In this document: positions 19,808 to 29,509 of the stretch, in pieces
Layout of the letters: every line of letters begins with the position of its first letter
Position numbering within the stretch: position 1 is the stretch's first letter
Assembly (NCBI GenBank): GCA_000995065.1
Contig: LBWX01000001.1
Span: 159,563-223,562 of the forward strand
Reading direction: 5' to 3'
Length of the DNA: 64,000 nt
Source: a candidate division CPR2 bacterium GW2011_GWC2_39_35
GTDB lineage: Bacteria > Patescibacteriota > CPR2
Position numbers and translations under genes: made by a program
The notes under the pieces: model-generated
Databases searched by the model: none
Seen by the model: the letters and a program-made list of their open reading frames with translations, nothing else
What the model was told of the DNA's origin: nothing

Positions 19808-19832
19808 CAAAGGGGACGCACCCCGGCTGAAA
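19808..19832 (+). repeat. Right att repeat
   Basis: Identical to 8391-8415. Confidence 0.9.
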
Positions 19833-19835
19833 TAT

Positions 19836-19862
19836 AAAAAGACCTTGAAATGGGTCTTTTTT
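19836..19862 (+). terminator. Intrinsic terminator, probably the original tRNA-Gln terminator
   Basis: AAAAAGACC-loop-GGTCTTTTTT. Confidence 0.7.
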
Positions 19863-19981
19863 GAGCTCTATTAAATTTTATAAAATAGCAAAATTTGTTC
19901 TCAAAATATTTTGAGGAAAAGGGGATTCGAACTCTTAACCCCAACCAGCTATTGGAATTCAAAATACTAGCATTAAAGAGA

Positions 19982-20548
19982 TTATTGGGCTTTAGCTAAC
20001 TCCAGCGCAGCATCAATAACTTTCTCAAAATATTCTTTGGCTTGTACATATTCCTTATATTTCTCTGGATCATTGATTTCCATTCTAAAAACCTCCAGTG
20101 GTTTAAGCTCAAGCTTTTCAACCTCTTCTTCTTGCAGTTTAAAGTTGGATATAGAACCGTCATGCTTTAAGAGGTAAACATTTATAAACTCTCTATTTTG
20201 ATATGTTGCCTTTTTGTTATTAACAAAGGCGTCAACAATTCTTACATAAACAAATTTCAGATCTTCAACATTAGCCTTTAAACCTATTTCCTCCTTAAGT
20301 TCTCTTATGCCGCCTTCTTCAGGAGTTTCGCCTGCATCAATGTGGCCACCCCCGGACACATATAGCAACCCGGGATGGACATCTTTTATCTTTGATCGTT
20401 TTTGTAAGAGTATCTCCCCTTTAGAATTATAGAGCCAAATGTGCGTACAGCGATGCCACTTTCCTTGTTGGTGCACTTCCTTTTTTGGAAGAATCTCACC
20501 GGTTGGATTGCCATTTTCGTCTAGAACTTCTAATAAATCTTCTGCCAT
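19982..20548 (-). CDS. NUDIX hydrolase (IDI/YfcD-like)
   Basis: H..G.WHR..H, LLQKRS..K, GGH..AGE, RELKEEIG. Confidence 0.85.
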   Translation of the reverse strand: MAEDLLEVLDENGNPTGEILPKKEVHQQGKWHRCTHIWLYNSKGEILLQKRSKIKDVHPGLLYVSGGGHIDAGETPEEGGIRELKEEIGLKANVEDLKFVYVRIVDAFVNNKKATYQNREFINVYLLKHDGSISNFKLQEEEVEKLELKPLEVFRMEINDPEKYKEYVQAKEYFEKVIDAALELAKAQ

Positions 20549-20686
20549 TTATTTCCTCCTCAGGGTGCATTATAGCAGAGAAGATATTACTAAAAAATAT
20601 ACTTATTTAGAGCAGATGGCGATAATGCTATCAAATCAAGATAACCAATTATTGTTAGCTTACAGAGTTTCAGTTAAAAAGGTCTG

Positions 20687-21043
20687 TTGATATTTACCAT
20701 TCAGTTTATCATATATTTTTTGAGCCGTTTGCTTGTCCGTTGGTTAAGCGAAAATGATGTTAAGGTTGGAAAAGTTATCCTTGTGGCCCCTTCTCTTGAC
20801 CCCGAAAGAACTGTTAATGGTTTTTATGATTTTAAAATAGACCTTGATTTAGCATCAAAGACTAAAGGATTAGTAATATTTGGTTCTGATAACGATGGTC
20901 AAAGTATCAAAAATAGTATTAAGAAGTTGCTATCCGTTATCAAGGACGTTAAATATAGGGAGTTTAGCGGATATGGACATTTTACCTTTGGTGATATGGG
21001 TAAAAGAGAATTTCCTGAACTTTTTGAAGAGGCTATGAAATGA
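20687..21043 (+). pseudogene. N-terminally truncated RBBP9/YdeN alpha/beta hydrolase
   Basis: LVRWLSEN..VGKVILVAP, SDND and GHF present; the GHSxG nucleophile motif is missing. Confidence 0.65.
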
Positions 21044-21169
21044 AAGTTGTAAAAAAATTACTACTAGGATATAATTTCATTCCATAGTAAGTAGCTTTAA
21101 AATTTTTCTGTACAGCCATGACTGCAAAAGCATAATTACAACATGCTATCTTTGTTAGAGAGGGGGTAA

Positions 21170-21439
21170 ATGATGATTGGCTACATACTCGTTGCTATAG
21201 TTGCATTTGTGTTGCTGGCTGCAGCAGTTTATCGCCTCTGGCTTCAGCTAACCGAACGAACGTGGGAGGTAACCCTTTTAGATTGGGAATCCGGCTATTC
21301 ATATGGGCTTAATCCTGCCCATCTCACAATCTCACGTCGAAAACGACTAACGGAAGCTAAAGCGATAAAGCTTAAAGAAAAGCTTCAAAAGAAGTATCCG
21401 ACGCCTAGGTATGAAATTCGACTACGCAGTAGTTCCTGA
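21170..21439 (+). CDS. Small membrane-anchored hypothetical protein
   Basis: GAGGGG RBS, N-terminal TM helix, downstream hairpin. Confidence 0.55.
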   Translation: MMIGYILVAIVAFVLLAAAVYRLWLQLTERTWEVTLLDWESGYSYGLNPAHLTISRRKRLTEAKAIKLKEKLQKKYPTPRYEIRLRSSS

Positions 21440-21488
21440 TTTCTTAACAAAAAATAAGCCGCGTATTTCGAACTAATAAACATTGGGC

Positions 21489-21524
21489 AAATTGCCCTCA
21501 ACAACACCACGTTGAGGGCAATTT
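21489..21524 (+). terminator. Hairpin terminator
   Basis: AAATTGCCCTCAAC/GTTGAGGGCAATTT, 14-bp perfect IR. Confidence 0.7.
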
Positions 21525-21622
21525 TCATTTATATTCAGCAAAAAATACTCGACAAACCGGTTGAGCTATTTTTTTAAAGCTTAAAAAAACGACTATAATT
21601 TTATACTTAATACCGCTCCAAG

Positions 21623-21931
21623 ATGTATGACAAAAATCAGATTCGTTATGCCTGTCATCAAAGTGTAAGGAACATGGTATTTTCAGGTTCTCTTCCCTTT
21701 AGATCAGAAACTCTAGAAGATATTAAGGCTAAAGGCTACTTATGCCGCTCGTGCAACAGTTACGAGACTAATGCTCGTTGCGTCTGCGGCAACAAAGCCG
21801 TAAGAGAAGTGCACCTAGGTGAAGTAATTGTCGAAAAGGTCATAGCAGACGAAGGCGCTATCGAATTTACGGATAACAAAGAACTTAGAAAAGAAGGCGG
21901 TATCGGAGCTTTTTTGAGATTTAAAGGTTAA
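21623..21931 (+). CDS. Hypothetical Zn-finger protein
   Basis: CRSC...CVC. Confidence 0.55.
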   Translation: MYDKNQIRYACHQSVRNMVFSGSLPFRSETLEDIKAKGYLCRSCNSYETNARCVCGNKAVREVHLGEVIVEKVIADEGAIEFTDNKELRKEGGIGAFLRFKG

Positions 21932-22060
21932 TTATTTCAAATTTTTCTTCTTTGTAAGACCAAAGGAACAATTAGCTTTTTTTGAGGTTAAAATCAACAA
22001 TAAGCAAATCAACGATTAACTATTTTTTTAGCTCAAGCTTTATGTTAATATATAAAGCAA

Positions 22061-23107
22061 ATGACAAGAAGAAAAACGCGGACAATTCAAATAGGCGGCA
22101 TTAAAATAGGTGGCGATAATCCGATTGCTATTCAATCTATGACCAACACGGATACCCGCGATGCCGCCTCAACCGTCAGTCAGATAAAAAAGCTGGAAGA
22201 GGCCGGGTGCGAGATAATCAGAGCAGCTGTCCCGGATATGAAGGCTGCCGAGGCTTTAAGGGAAATAAAAAAACAAATTTCCATTCCTTTAGTGGCCGAC
22301 ATTCATTTTGACTACAAACTTGCTCTAAAATCAATCGAGTCCGGCGTCGACAAGATTCGAATAAATCCGGGCAATATTGGCAATGAAGAAAAAGTAAAAG
22401 AAGTAGTCCGGGCTTGTAAAGACAAAAATATTCCGATTCGAATCGGAGTCAATATTGGCTCATTGGAAAAAGATATCGAACAAAAACACGGACGAACTGC
22501 CAAGGCCATGGTTGAAAGCGCCTTATTCCATATTCGCATTCTTGAAAAACTAGACTTTCATGACATTGCTGTTTCTCTTAAGGCTTCTGATGTTTTGCGA
22601 ACCGTTAAAGCTTATAGATTACTCTCCGAAAAAGTAGACTATCCTTTGCACTTAGGCATTACCGAAGCCGGCACCCCTAAAACGGGTACCATAAAAAGCT
22701 CTGTAGGGCTTGGGATTATGCTAGCCGAAGGCATTGGAGACACCATAAGAGTTTCTCTAACCAGTGATCCGACAGAAGAAATTCGAGTTGCTTGGGAGAT
22801 CCTTAAATCCTTGAATTTAAGAGAAAGGGGAGCAAACCTTATTTCTTGCCCGACCTGCGGCCGCACAGAAATCGACCTTATTAGTCTTGCAAATAAGGTA
22901 GAAGAAATAGTTCAGAAGATAGATAAACCGATTACTATCGCCGTTATGGGCTGCGTTGTAAACGGACCCGGAGAGGCAAAGGAAGCCGATGTCGGCGTTG
23001 CCGGCGGAAAAGGTGCCGGGGTAATATTTAAGAAGGGGAAAGTACTAAAAACCGTATCCGAAGCAGAACTTTTGCCGGAATTATTAAAAGAAATAGAAAA
23101 ATTGTGA
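22061..23107 (+). CDS. ispG: HMBPP synthase IspG (GcpE)
   Basis: [37 protein letters not shown]. Confidence 0.97.
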   Translation: MTRRKTRTIQIGGIKIGGDNPIAIQSMTNTDTRDAASTVSQIKKLEEAGCEIIRAAVPDMKAAEALREIKKQISIPLVADIHFDYKLALKSIESGVDKIRINPGNIGNEEKVKEVVRACKDKNIPIRIGVNIGSLEKDIEQKHGRTAKAMVESALFHIRILEKLDFHDIAVSLKASDVLRTVKAYRLLSEKVDYPLHLGITEAGTPKTGTIKSSVGLGIMLAEGIGDTIRVSLTSDPTEEIRVAWEILKSLNLRERGANLISCPTCGRTEIDLISLANKVEEIVQKIDKPITIAVMGCVVNGPGEAKEADVGVAGGKGAGVIFKKGKVLKTVSEAELLPELLKEIEKL

Positions 23108-23118
23108 CAGAGGATTTT

Positions 23119-23961
23119 ATGGAAATCAAAATAGCTAAAGAGCTTGGATTTTGTTTCGGCGTCAAAAGAGCGGCTGATATGACTTTAGCCGAAGTTAATG
23201 GCGAGGTAATAAACACGCTTGGGCCTTTAATTCACAATCCCGAATTTACAAAATTTTTGGAAACAAGAAATGCCTATGTAGCAGACACGGTGGGCGATAT
23301 TAAGGGTAAGAAAGTTGTCATTAGAGCACACGGCATCCCAAAAGAAACGGAACAGGAAATCCAAGAAAACAACATAGAAATAATTGACGCTACTTGCCCT
23401 TACGTAAAGAGAGTTCAGCAACTCGCCGAAAAATATTACAATAAAGGCTACTCGGTTTTTATATTGGGAGAAAAAGACCATCCGGAAGTTATTGGCATCG
23501 AAAGCTACGCTCCAAATTCCATTGTACTAAAATACGAACATGATATTCCAGACCTGCCGCCAGAATCAAAAGTAGCCCTCATATCTCAAACAACCCAAAA
23601 ATTTAAGACCTTTGATAGCTTAGCATGTGCTCTTAAAAAACGCTTTAAAAACGTGGCAATTACAAATACTATTTGTGATGCCACCGAAAAAAGACAAAAG
23701 GCCGCCATGAAACTCGCTAAGGAGGTAGAAATAATGATTGTTATCGGCGGCAAGAACTCGTCAAATACCACAAAATTAAAAGAAATTTGCGGGCAAATTG
23801 TAAAAACCCATCATATTGAAACCGAAAAAGAGCTAAAGAAAGAGTGGCTTAAGGACATAAAAACAGTTGGGATAACAGCCGGAGCCTCTACCCCAGACTT
23901 TTCCATCGAAAAAGTTGTAGAAAAGATAAAAAGCATTAATACTCCCGCTCTCACCGCTTAA
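23119..23961 (+). CDS. ispH: HMBPP reductase IspH (LytB)
   Basis: GFCFGV.RA, IHN, DATCP.V, TICDAT..RQ, SSNT, TAGASTP. Confidence 0.96.
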   Translation: MEIKIAKELGFCFGVKRAADMTLAEVNGEVINTLGPLIHNPEFTKFLETRNAYVADTVGDIKGKKVVIRAHGIPKETEQEIQENNIEIIDATCPYVKRVQQLAEKYYNKGYSVFILGEKDHPEVIGIESYAPNSIVLKYEHDIPDLPPESKVALISQTTQKFKTFDSLACALKKRFKNVAITNTICDATEKRQKAAMKLAKEVEIMIVIGGKNSSNTTKLKEICGQIVKTHHIETEKELKKEWLKDIKTVGITAGASTPDFSIEKVVEKIKSINTPALTA

Positions 23962-24028
23962 CAGATTAACTGTAACTCCAACTGTAAAGTTAATATGAGA
24001 TGGGAATGAATAGGAAAGAGGCATTAAT

Positions 24029-24949
24029 ATGAACAACATCAAAATTTTTTCCGGTAGTTCCGGAACGACTTTAGCTGAAAATGTTTGCAAGGAGCTTGGC
24101 ATTAAGCTCGGGAAGGCTCAAATAGAGACCTTTAATGATGGGGAAATTAACATCCAAATCCTAGAAGACATAAAAGATAAAGACATATATATCATAAATC
24201 CAACCAATCCGCCTACTGAGAATCTCTTTGAAATGGCTTTAATGTCTGATGCCGCCAAAAGAGCAGGAGCAAAGAGCATTACTCTTATTCCCACTTATCT
24301 TGGCTATAGTCGCCAAGACCGAAAAGATAAGCCAGGCAAACCCCTTAGCCTCAAAGTAATTACCGATATTTTATCCCTAAATGCCACTAGTATCCTATTA
24401 GTCGATATCCACGCCGAACAAACCACCGGTTTCTTTGCAAACAACATTGTAACCGATAATATTGCCGCTTTAACTATCTTTGCGCCTTATATCAAAGAAA
24501 ATATAAAAAACCATTTTGTGGTTGCCACTCCCGACGCCGGCGGGGTAAAAAGAGCTAAGCAGTTTGCCAAAGTGCTGGAAATTGATGATTATGTCATCTT
24601 TACTAAATATCGACCCGAAGCCGGAATTATCGAGAAGGAATCGACCAAGATAATCGGCGATGTTGAAGGCAAAGATGTTATCTTTATAGACGATATGATC
24701 GACACAGGAGGCACTATCATAAATGCCGCCAAACACGCCAAAAAATCCGGCGCTGGAGATATTTATGTACTTGCAACTCACGGTTTATTTTCCAAAAATG
24801 CCTTAGAAAAATTCGACAAGAGTGCCATAAAAGAAGTTATTGTTACTGACTCCATTTATCATGCACCGGAAGAATTAAAGACCAAAAGAGTAAAAATCAC
24901 TACAATTTCTATTGCCAAGCTCTTAGCCGAGACCCTTAATAAGAATTAA
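24029..24949 (+). CDS. prs: Ribose-phosphate pyrophosphokinase
   Basis: F.DGE, YSRQDR, DIH, PDAGG, IDDMIDTGGT. Confidence 0.95.
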   Translation: MNNIKIFSGSSGTTLAENVCKELGIKLGKAQIETFNDGEINIQILEDIKDKDIYIINPTNPPTENLFEMALMSDAAKRAGAKSITLIPTYLGYSRQDRKDKPGKPLSLKVITDILSLNATSILLVDIHAEQTTGFFANNIVTDNIAALTIFAPYIKENIKNHFVVATPDAGGVKRAKQFAKVLEIDDYVIFTKYRPEAGIIEKESTKIIGDVEGKDVIFIDDMIDTGGTIINAAKHAKKSGAGDIYVLATHGLFSKNALEKFDKSAIKEVIVTDSIYHAPEELKTKRVKITTISIAKLLAETLNKN

Positions 24950-24961
24950 TCAGAATAAGAA

Positions 24962-25618
24962 CTAACTCTCCAGGTCAGAAGAAACGGCAGATTGTTTTTT
25001 CTTTTTTGGCTTAGGAGTTCTAGTAAGTAAGTGATTTGAGGTAAATATAAAGGCAATAGAGGAAAGCCAGGCAACCGACACCACAATTGCAAGATTTAGC
25101 TCCCTCTTCTCAACTTCTTTTAAAGACCTGCCAACTAGAACATAGCCGGTACTTTGGCCGCTATAATGTTTAATAACTGTTGCCGCTCTTACTCCTTTTT
25201 TAGGCTTCCAAGTAAATCGAGTTTCTCCTTTTTTCTTTGCGTTGTCCAACACACCTCGAGGAAGGGTCGGGTCATTGCCATCAAGAGCAGCATTAGAATA
25301 AATACTGTTGCCGCTTGCGTCATACACTATTGTAAACACGGACATGCTTTTTGAAAAATCGACTTTATTTTCCGGCGATGGCGGCGGGGCCTGAATACTA
25401 CTTATCAAGGTATCCGCAATTTCTTCAGCATTCTGAATCTGAGGATCATTAGCTGCCTCGCGATAGCTCTGTTGAACCGCTACAAAAATAAGTCCCGACA
25501 TTAAAGTTGCAATTCCAATAAGGGGAATCAGATTCGAAAAACGCCTTAAGAAGCTAATTTGAGGTACTTTCGACAGATTTGGTAGTTTAGTTGGTTTTGG
25601 AATTTTTGGAAGTTTCAT
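24962..25618 (-). CDS. Two-TM protein with an extracytoplasmic sensor-like domain and no kinase
   Basis: QQ.YR..ANDPQIQ, TW.P..GVR.A.V, VGRSL.EVE flanked by two TM helices. Confidence 0.65.
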   Translation of the reverse strand: MKLPKIPKPTKLPNLSKVPQISFLRRFSNLIPLIGIATLMSGLIFVAVQQSYREAANDPQIQNAEEIADTLISSIQAPPPSPENKVDFSKSMSVFTIVYDASGNSIYSNAALDGNDPTLPRGVLDNAKKKGETRFTWKPKKGVRAATVIKHYSGQSTGYVLVGRSLKEVEKRELNLAIVVSVAWLSSIAFIFTSNHLLTRTPKPKKKKQSAVSSDLES

Positions 25619-26056
25619 ATTCTCCTTTGTTTAGTAATTTAAGTATAACTGTTTTCTAAAAGTTAAGCTACTATTACGTCAATCTGCTTGCTCTTTTAGC
25701 GTCAGTTTAATTATTTTGTATGAACCTCTTTTTATGGTTCTTAACCTTTTTCGTAATCATCTCTACTTTTGAAAAACCAAAAGTAGCAAAAGTCTTCCGG
25801 CTGATCCTCGACAAAGTGTCGACATTGCGACTCATTCCTTCATAAAAACCTAACCGCTCCCTCGCTAAAGCTCAGATCGCGCCCTTAGGCGGGAGCAAGG
25901 TTTTTATCATAGTTATTTCGTTTATGTCTCTCTTTGCTTGCGGAGACCGGAGCAATTTTTGATTTTATTTATGGCAAATGAGGGATTTTTAGAGTATAAT
26001 CCACTAAATCAGAAATACTAAGAAAATTAACATTACATCCCTAGGGAGGGGCAAAT

Positions 26057-26821
26057 ATGAGGATTGGAACGATATGCATGAAAGGCATAAAAACCGTTAT
26101 GGAAGATGCCTTCTTTCTAGAATCGAACTTTATGGGACACAACTTGATTTTGGGCGGCGTCTTTGACGGACACTGCGGATCATTTGCTGCAAATTATGCT
26201 TCCCAAAAATTTACGACATATTTTAAATCATATCTTAATCAAGGTATCGAGAAGGCCTTTGAGAACAGTTATCAGCAAATAACTGATGAACTTGCTAGAA
26301 AGGATGCATTAGACTCCGGAACTACTGCTACCACCTTCCTTATTATGGACAACACAATTTATGGTGCCAATGTCGGCGATTCTGGAGCTATAGTTATAAC
26401 TAGCGAGGGCTTGTTAAAACTTACTAAAGATCATCGAATGACTAATCCCGATGAATTCGCAAGGGTGGCAGCTAAGAGCAGTATAATATTTCAGAAGATA
26501 AAAAGTCGCTCTATCTACGTTGCTGGCTACACAACGAAATATGGTTTAGAGCCCACAAGGTCACTAGGAGATAAAGATTACAGATCGGCCGGAATCATTC
26601 CAACACCCCACACTTTTACCCACCGCATTTCGGACCAAGATATTTATCTTATTGTTGCCACCGATGGTTTATGGGATTTTCTAAACGATACCCAAGTCGA
26701 AATTCTCGCAAGAGAAATTCCAGATCCAGCTGTTTTGGTAAAAGAAATATCAAAACATGTCTTCGGCAACTTTTGGGGAAATGACAACTTAACGATAATA
26801 GCAATCGGATTTAAAGAGTAG
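26057..26821 (+). CDS. PP2C-family Ser/Thr phosphatase
   Basis: MEDA, VFDGHCG, ANVGDS, TRSLGD, ATDGLWD, DNLT. Confidence 0.92.
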   Translation: MRIGTICMKGIKTVMEDAFFLESNFMGHNLILGGVFDGHCGSFAANYASQKFTTYFKSYLNQGIEKAFENSYQQITDELARKDALDSGTTATTFLIMDNTIYGANVGDSGAIVITSEGLLKLTKDHRMTNPDEFARVAAKSSIIFQKIKSRSIYVAGYTTKYGLEPTRSLGDKDYRSAGIIPTPHTFTHRISDQDIYLIVATDGLWDFLNDTQVEILAREIPDPAVLVKEISKHVFGNFWGNDNLTIIAIGFKE

Positions 26822-26880
26822 CTCTCATTTGGCTGCTCTTTTTTTATTTCAGTCTAAAAAGACTCCATAGGGGAGTCTTT

Positions 26881-27105
26881 TTACTTATCAAACAAGGCTA
26901 ATGTTTCGGGTTTTTGCCTGGACATCCAATCCATCAGTCTTTTTCTATGTTTATCTATGGACCACTCGGAATTTTTAAATTCATTCGGATGCTCATTTCG
27001 ATATTGCTCGCAAATAATCTCGTTTACTTTGTGATCAGGGGTATTGTAAAGCTGGTTATATTCTTCGATAAATTTACACATAAGGTCGCTATTTGTATTT
27101 TCCAT
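26881..27105 (-). CDS. Small hypothetical protein
   Basis: 74-aa ORF ending at a bidirectional terminator. Confidence 0.5.
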   Translation of the reverse strand: MENTNSDLMCKFIEEYNQLYNTPDHKVNEIICEQYRNEHPNEFKNSEWSIDKHRKRLMDWMSRQKPETLALFDK

Positions 27106-27241
27106 ATGTCTATTATATCACGGTTTTTACTAAAAATGAATAAAAAGCCAATCTTCGTTGACGATTACATAGAGGGTGGGGGATTCATCTGCCTCATCGT
27201 TAAGAACCTCTAAGCCTATTAATCTCAAAGCGATTACTAAA

Positions 27242-27640
27242 TTACTCAGAGGTAATGCCGTCAAACTCTTCTTTATTAGTCTCTGCATCTTCTTTTGTAG
27301 TCCCAACAATGCCGTCTTTATGATGAGCTGGAGAATAAATAGTGTATAGTTTTAAACCTTCGCTGTCAGAAATATTAATTACATTATGCTGGGCGCCTGC
27401 CGGCACCAAAACAGCATCGCCATCGCCAACTTCATATTCATTGCCATCTATTATTACTTTGCCTTTGCCAGCTTCGAATCTAAAAAACTGATCATTTTCT
27501 TCATGCACTTCCATACCAATTTCTTGTTTCGGCTTGAGACTCATTATTACCAATTGACTATGAGACCCCGTATACAAAACCTTTCTAAAGTTTTCATTTC
27601 CTAATGCTAATACTTCGATATTGTCTTTAAATCCTTTCAT
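27242..27640 (-). CDS. Cupin-domain protein
   Basis: QLVIMSL..EIG.EVH..DQFF, PAG..HN, LYTIYSP.HH; GGAGG RBS. Confidence 0.9.
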   Translation of the reverse strand: MKGFKDNIEVLALGNENFRKVLYTGSHSQLVIMSLKPKQEIGMEVHEENDQFFRFEAGKGKVIIDGNEYEVGDGDAVLVPAGAQHNVINISDSEGLKLYTIYSPAHHKDGIVGTTKEDAETNKEEFDGITSE

Positions 27641-27822
27641 GTTTCCTCCTTTTTATAATATATAGGAATTATACTTGCATCCCCTCAAGGAAAAAATGGT
27701 GAAATTTATAATAGGAAAATTTTTGGCAGATTGAGTATGGGCAGTTTTGATATACCCTCTTTGTTCCTACAATATTATTTCCGTTTTGCTATTAACTATA
27801 AAATGCATTAGGATGGGGAGGT

Positions 27823-29175
27823 ATGAAAACTCCTGAATACATCCAAACCACGAATATCGAGCTAAATGATCAGTTTCAAAGAGCCTACAATCTTATGGAA
27901 AACAGCTTAAGGAATATTTTTATTACAGGAAAGGCCGGCACCGGAAAGTCAACCCTGCTTAACTATTTTAGAGAGAACACAAAGAAAAAGGTGGTTGTTT
28001 TAGCGCCTACGGGGGTGGCGGCCATAAATGTAAAAGGACAGACAATCCACTCCTTTTTTAAATTTAAACCGGATATTACATTAGCCAAGGTCAAAAAGCT
28101 AAAGGAAAAGAAGAATGAGAAGGCCAATCTCTACCAAAAAATAGACACCATAATCATTGACGAAATTTCCATGGTTAGAGCTGATCTTTTGGACTGTGTC
28201 GACAAGTTTTTGCGCCTGAACGGTAAAGAAACGGGCAAACCATTCGGCGGCATTCAGATGATATTTGTCGGCGACCTTTATCAGCTTCCGCCGGTAGTCA
28301 CAGCTCATGAAAAATCGATTTTTGAAGGTAGTTACAAAAGTGAATACTTTTTTGATGCCAAGGTTTTTGAAGGTTCTTTGTTTGAAGAACAATTTGATTT
28401 GGATTTTATTGAGCTAGAAAAAATATATCGTCAAAAAGATAACGAATTTATTAATTTACTCAGCACTATCAGAAATAATACAGCCACAAACACAGAACTA
28501 GAAGCCTTAAATAAGAGGCATAACCCGCACTTTAAACCTTCTTTTGAGGACTATTATATTTATCTTACGACAACCAATAAAATGGCTGCCGCAGTTAATG
28601 AAGAGCGATTAAACTTACTTGATGGAAAAAACCATCAATTTGAGGGCCAAGTAACCGGCAAATTTGACAATAAGTATTTACCAACGGACATAGGCCTTAA
28701 AATAAAAATGGGTTCCCAAGTGATGCTTCTAAATAATGATCCGGCCGGAAGGTGGGTAAACGGTAGTATCGGCAAAGTTGTCGATATTTTAGAAAATTTT
28801 GATAGCGAAGATGTGCTAAAGGTGGAGCTATCGTCCGGCAGGGTAGTGAACGTAACTCCTTTTACCTGGGAAGTCTTTAATTTTGAATTTGATGACATGA
28901 ACAATAGTTTAGTATCTAAAACCGTAGGGTCATTTACCCAGTATCCCTTAAAACTTGCTTGGGCTATAACCATCCACAAAAGCCAGGGCAAAACATTTGA
29001 AAAAATTATTGTTGATATCGGCTGGGGTACTTTTGCTCATGGCCAGATGTATGTCGCCTTAAGCAGATGCACCAGCCTAGACGGCATTGTACTTAAAAAA
29101 TCAATCCAACAGAAACACATAATAATGGACCAAAGAGTAGTGGATTTCGTAACCAACTACCGACAAGCGACTTAG
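27823..29175 (+). CDS. PIF1-family (RecD-like) DNA helicase
   Basis: GKAGTGKS, APTGVAA, DEISM, GD..QLPPV, QYPLKLAWAITIHKSQG, YVALSR. Confidence 0.92.
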   Translation: MKTPEYIQTTNIELNDQFQRAYNLMENSLRNIFITGKAGTGKSTLLNYFRENTKKKVVVLAPTGVAAINVKGQTIHSFFKFKPDITLAKVKKLKEKKNEKANLYQKIDTIIIDEISMVRADLLDCVDKFLRLNGKETGKPFGGIQMIFVGDLYQLPPVVTAHEKSIFEGSYKSEYFFDAKVFEGSLFEEQFDLDFIELEKIYRQKDNEFINLLSTIRNNTATNTELEALNKRHNPHFKPSFEDYYIYLTTTNKMAAAVNEERLNLLDGKNHQFEGQVTGKFDNKYLPTDIGLKIKMGSQVMLLNNDPAGRWVNGSIGKVVDILENFDSEDVLKVELSSGRVVNVTPFTWEVFNFEFDDMNNSLVSKTVGSFTQYPLKLAWAITIHKSQGKTFEKIIVDIGWGTFAHGQMYVALSRCTSLDGIVLKKSIQQKHIIMDQRVVDFVTNYRQAT

Positions 29176-29509
29176 TGCGCCAGAAGATGTGCTACATGTG
29201 CTATAAATATAATAATAAACTAGATTCTGAAATAAATTTATAATTATGAATCCGCCATGTAAGACTCGCCCTATCTAATTTAGCAAAAAAGGCGTATAAT
29301 ATATCTAACATATCAAATAGTTATACTATTTAGGCATCTAAAACCTCTAGTTATTTTTATGGAACTCAATCTTCTTAAGTGATTAGCAAATTTTATTTTC
29401 TATCTAGTTTACTTGCTAAGGTCTTTTTTAAATATTTAGGAAACTAATAAAAATTAAAGCAAAGAACCTTGGCCCAAGAGATCAACCAACAGATCGGAAA
29501 GAGAAATTT

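Larger units (their letters stand above)
8387..19832. mobile_element. ~11.4 kb genomic island integrated at the 3' end of tRNA-Gln
   Basis: Serine recombinase at the left end; CAGC plus a 25-bp direct repeat at 8387-8415 and 19805-19832; intrinsic terminator immediately after the right copy. Confidence 0.85.

Noticed and set aside
19915-19945. Minus-strand GAGTTCGAATCCCC tRNA-like fragment
   Set aside because: Mismatched T-stem and no acceptor, D or anticodon arm
19729-19962. 77-aa ORF as an independent gene
   Set aside because: Spans the att site and terminator; only its last 25 codons make sense, as the integrase tail
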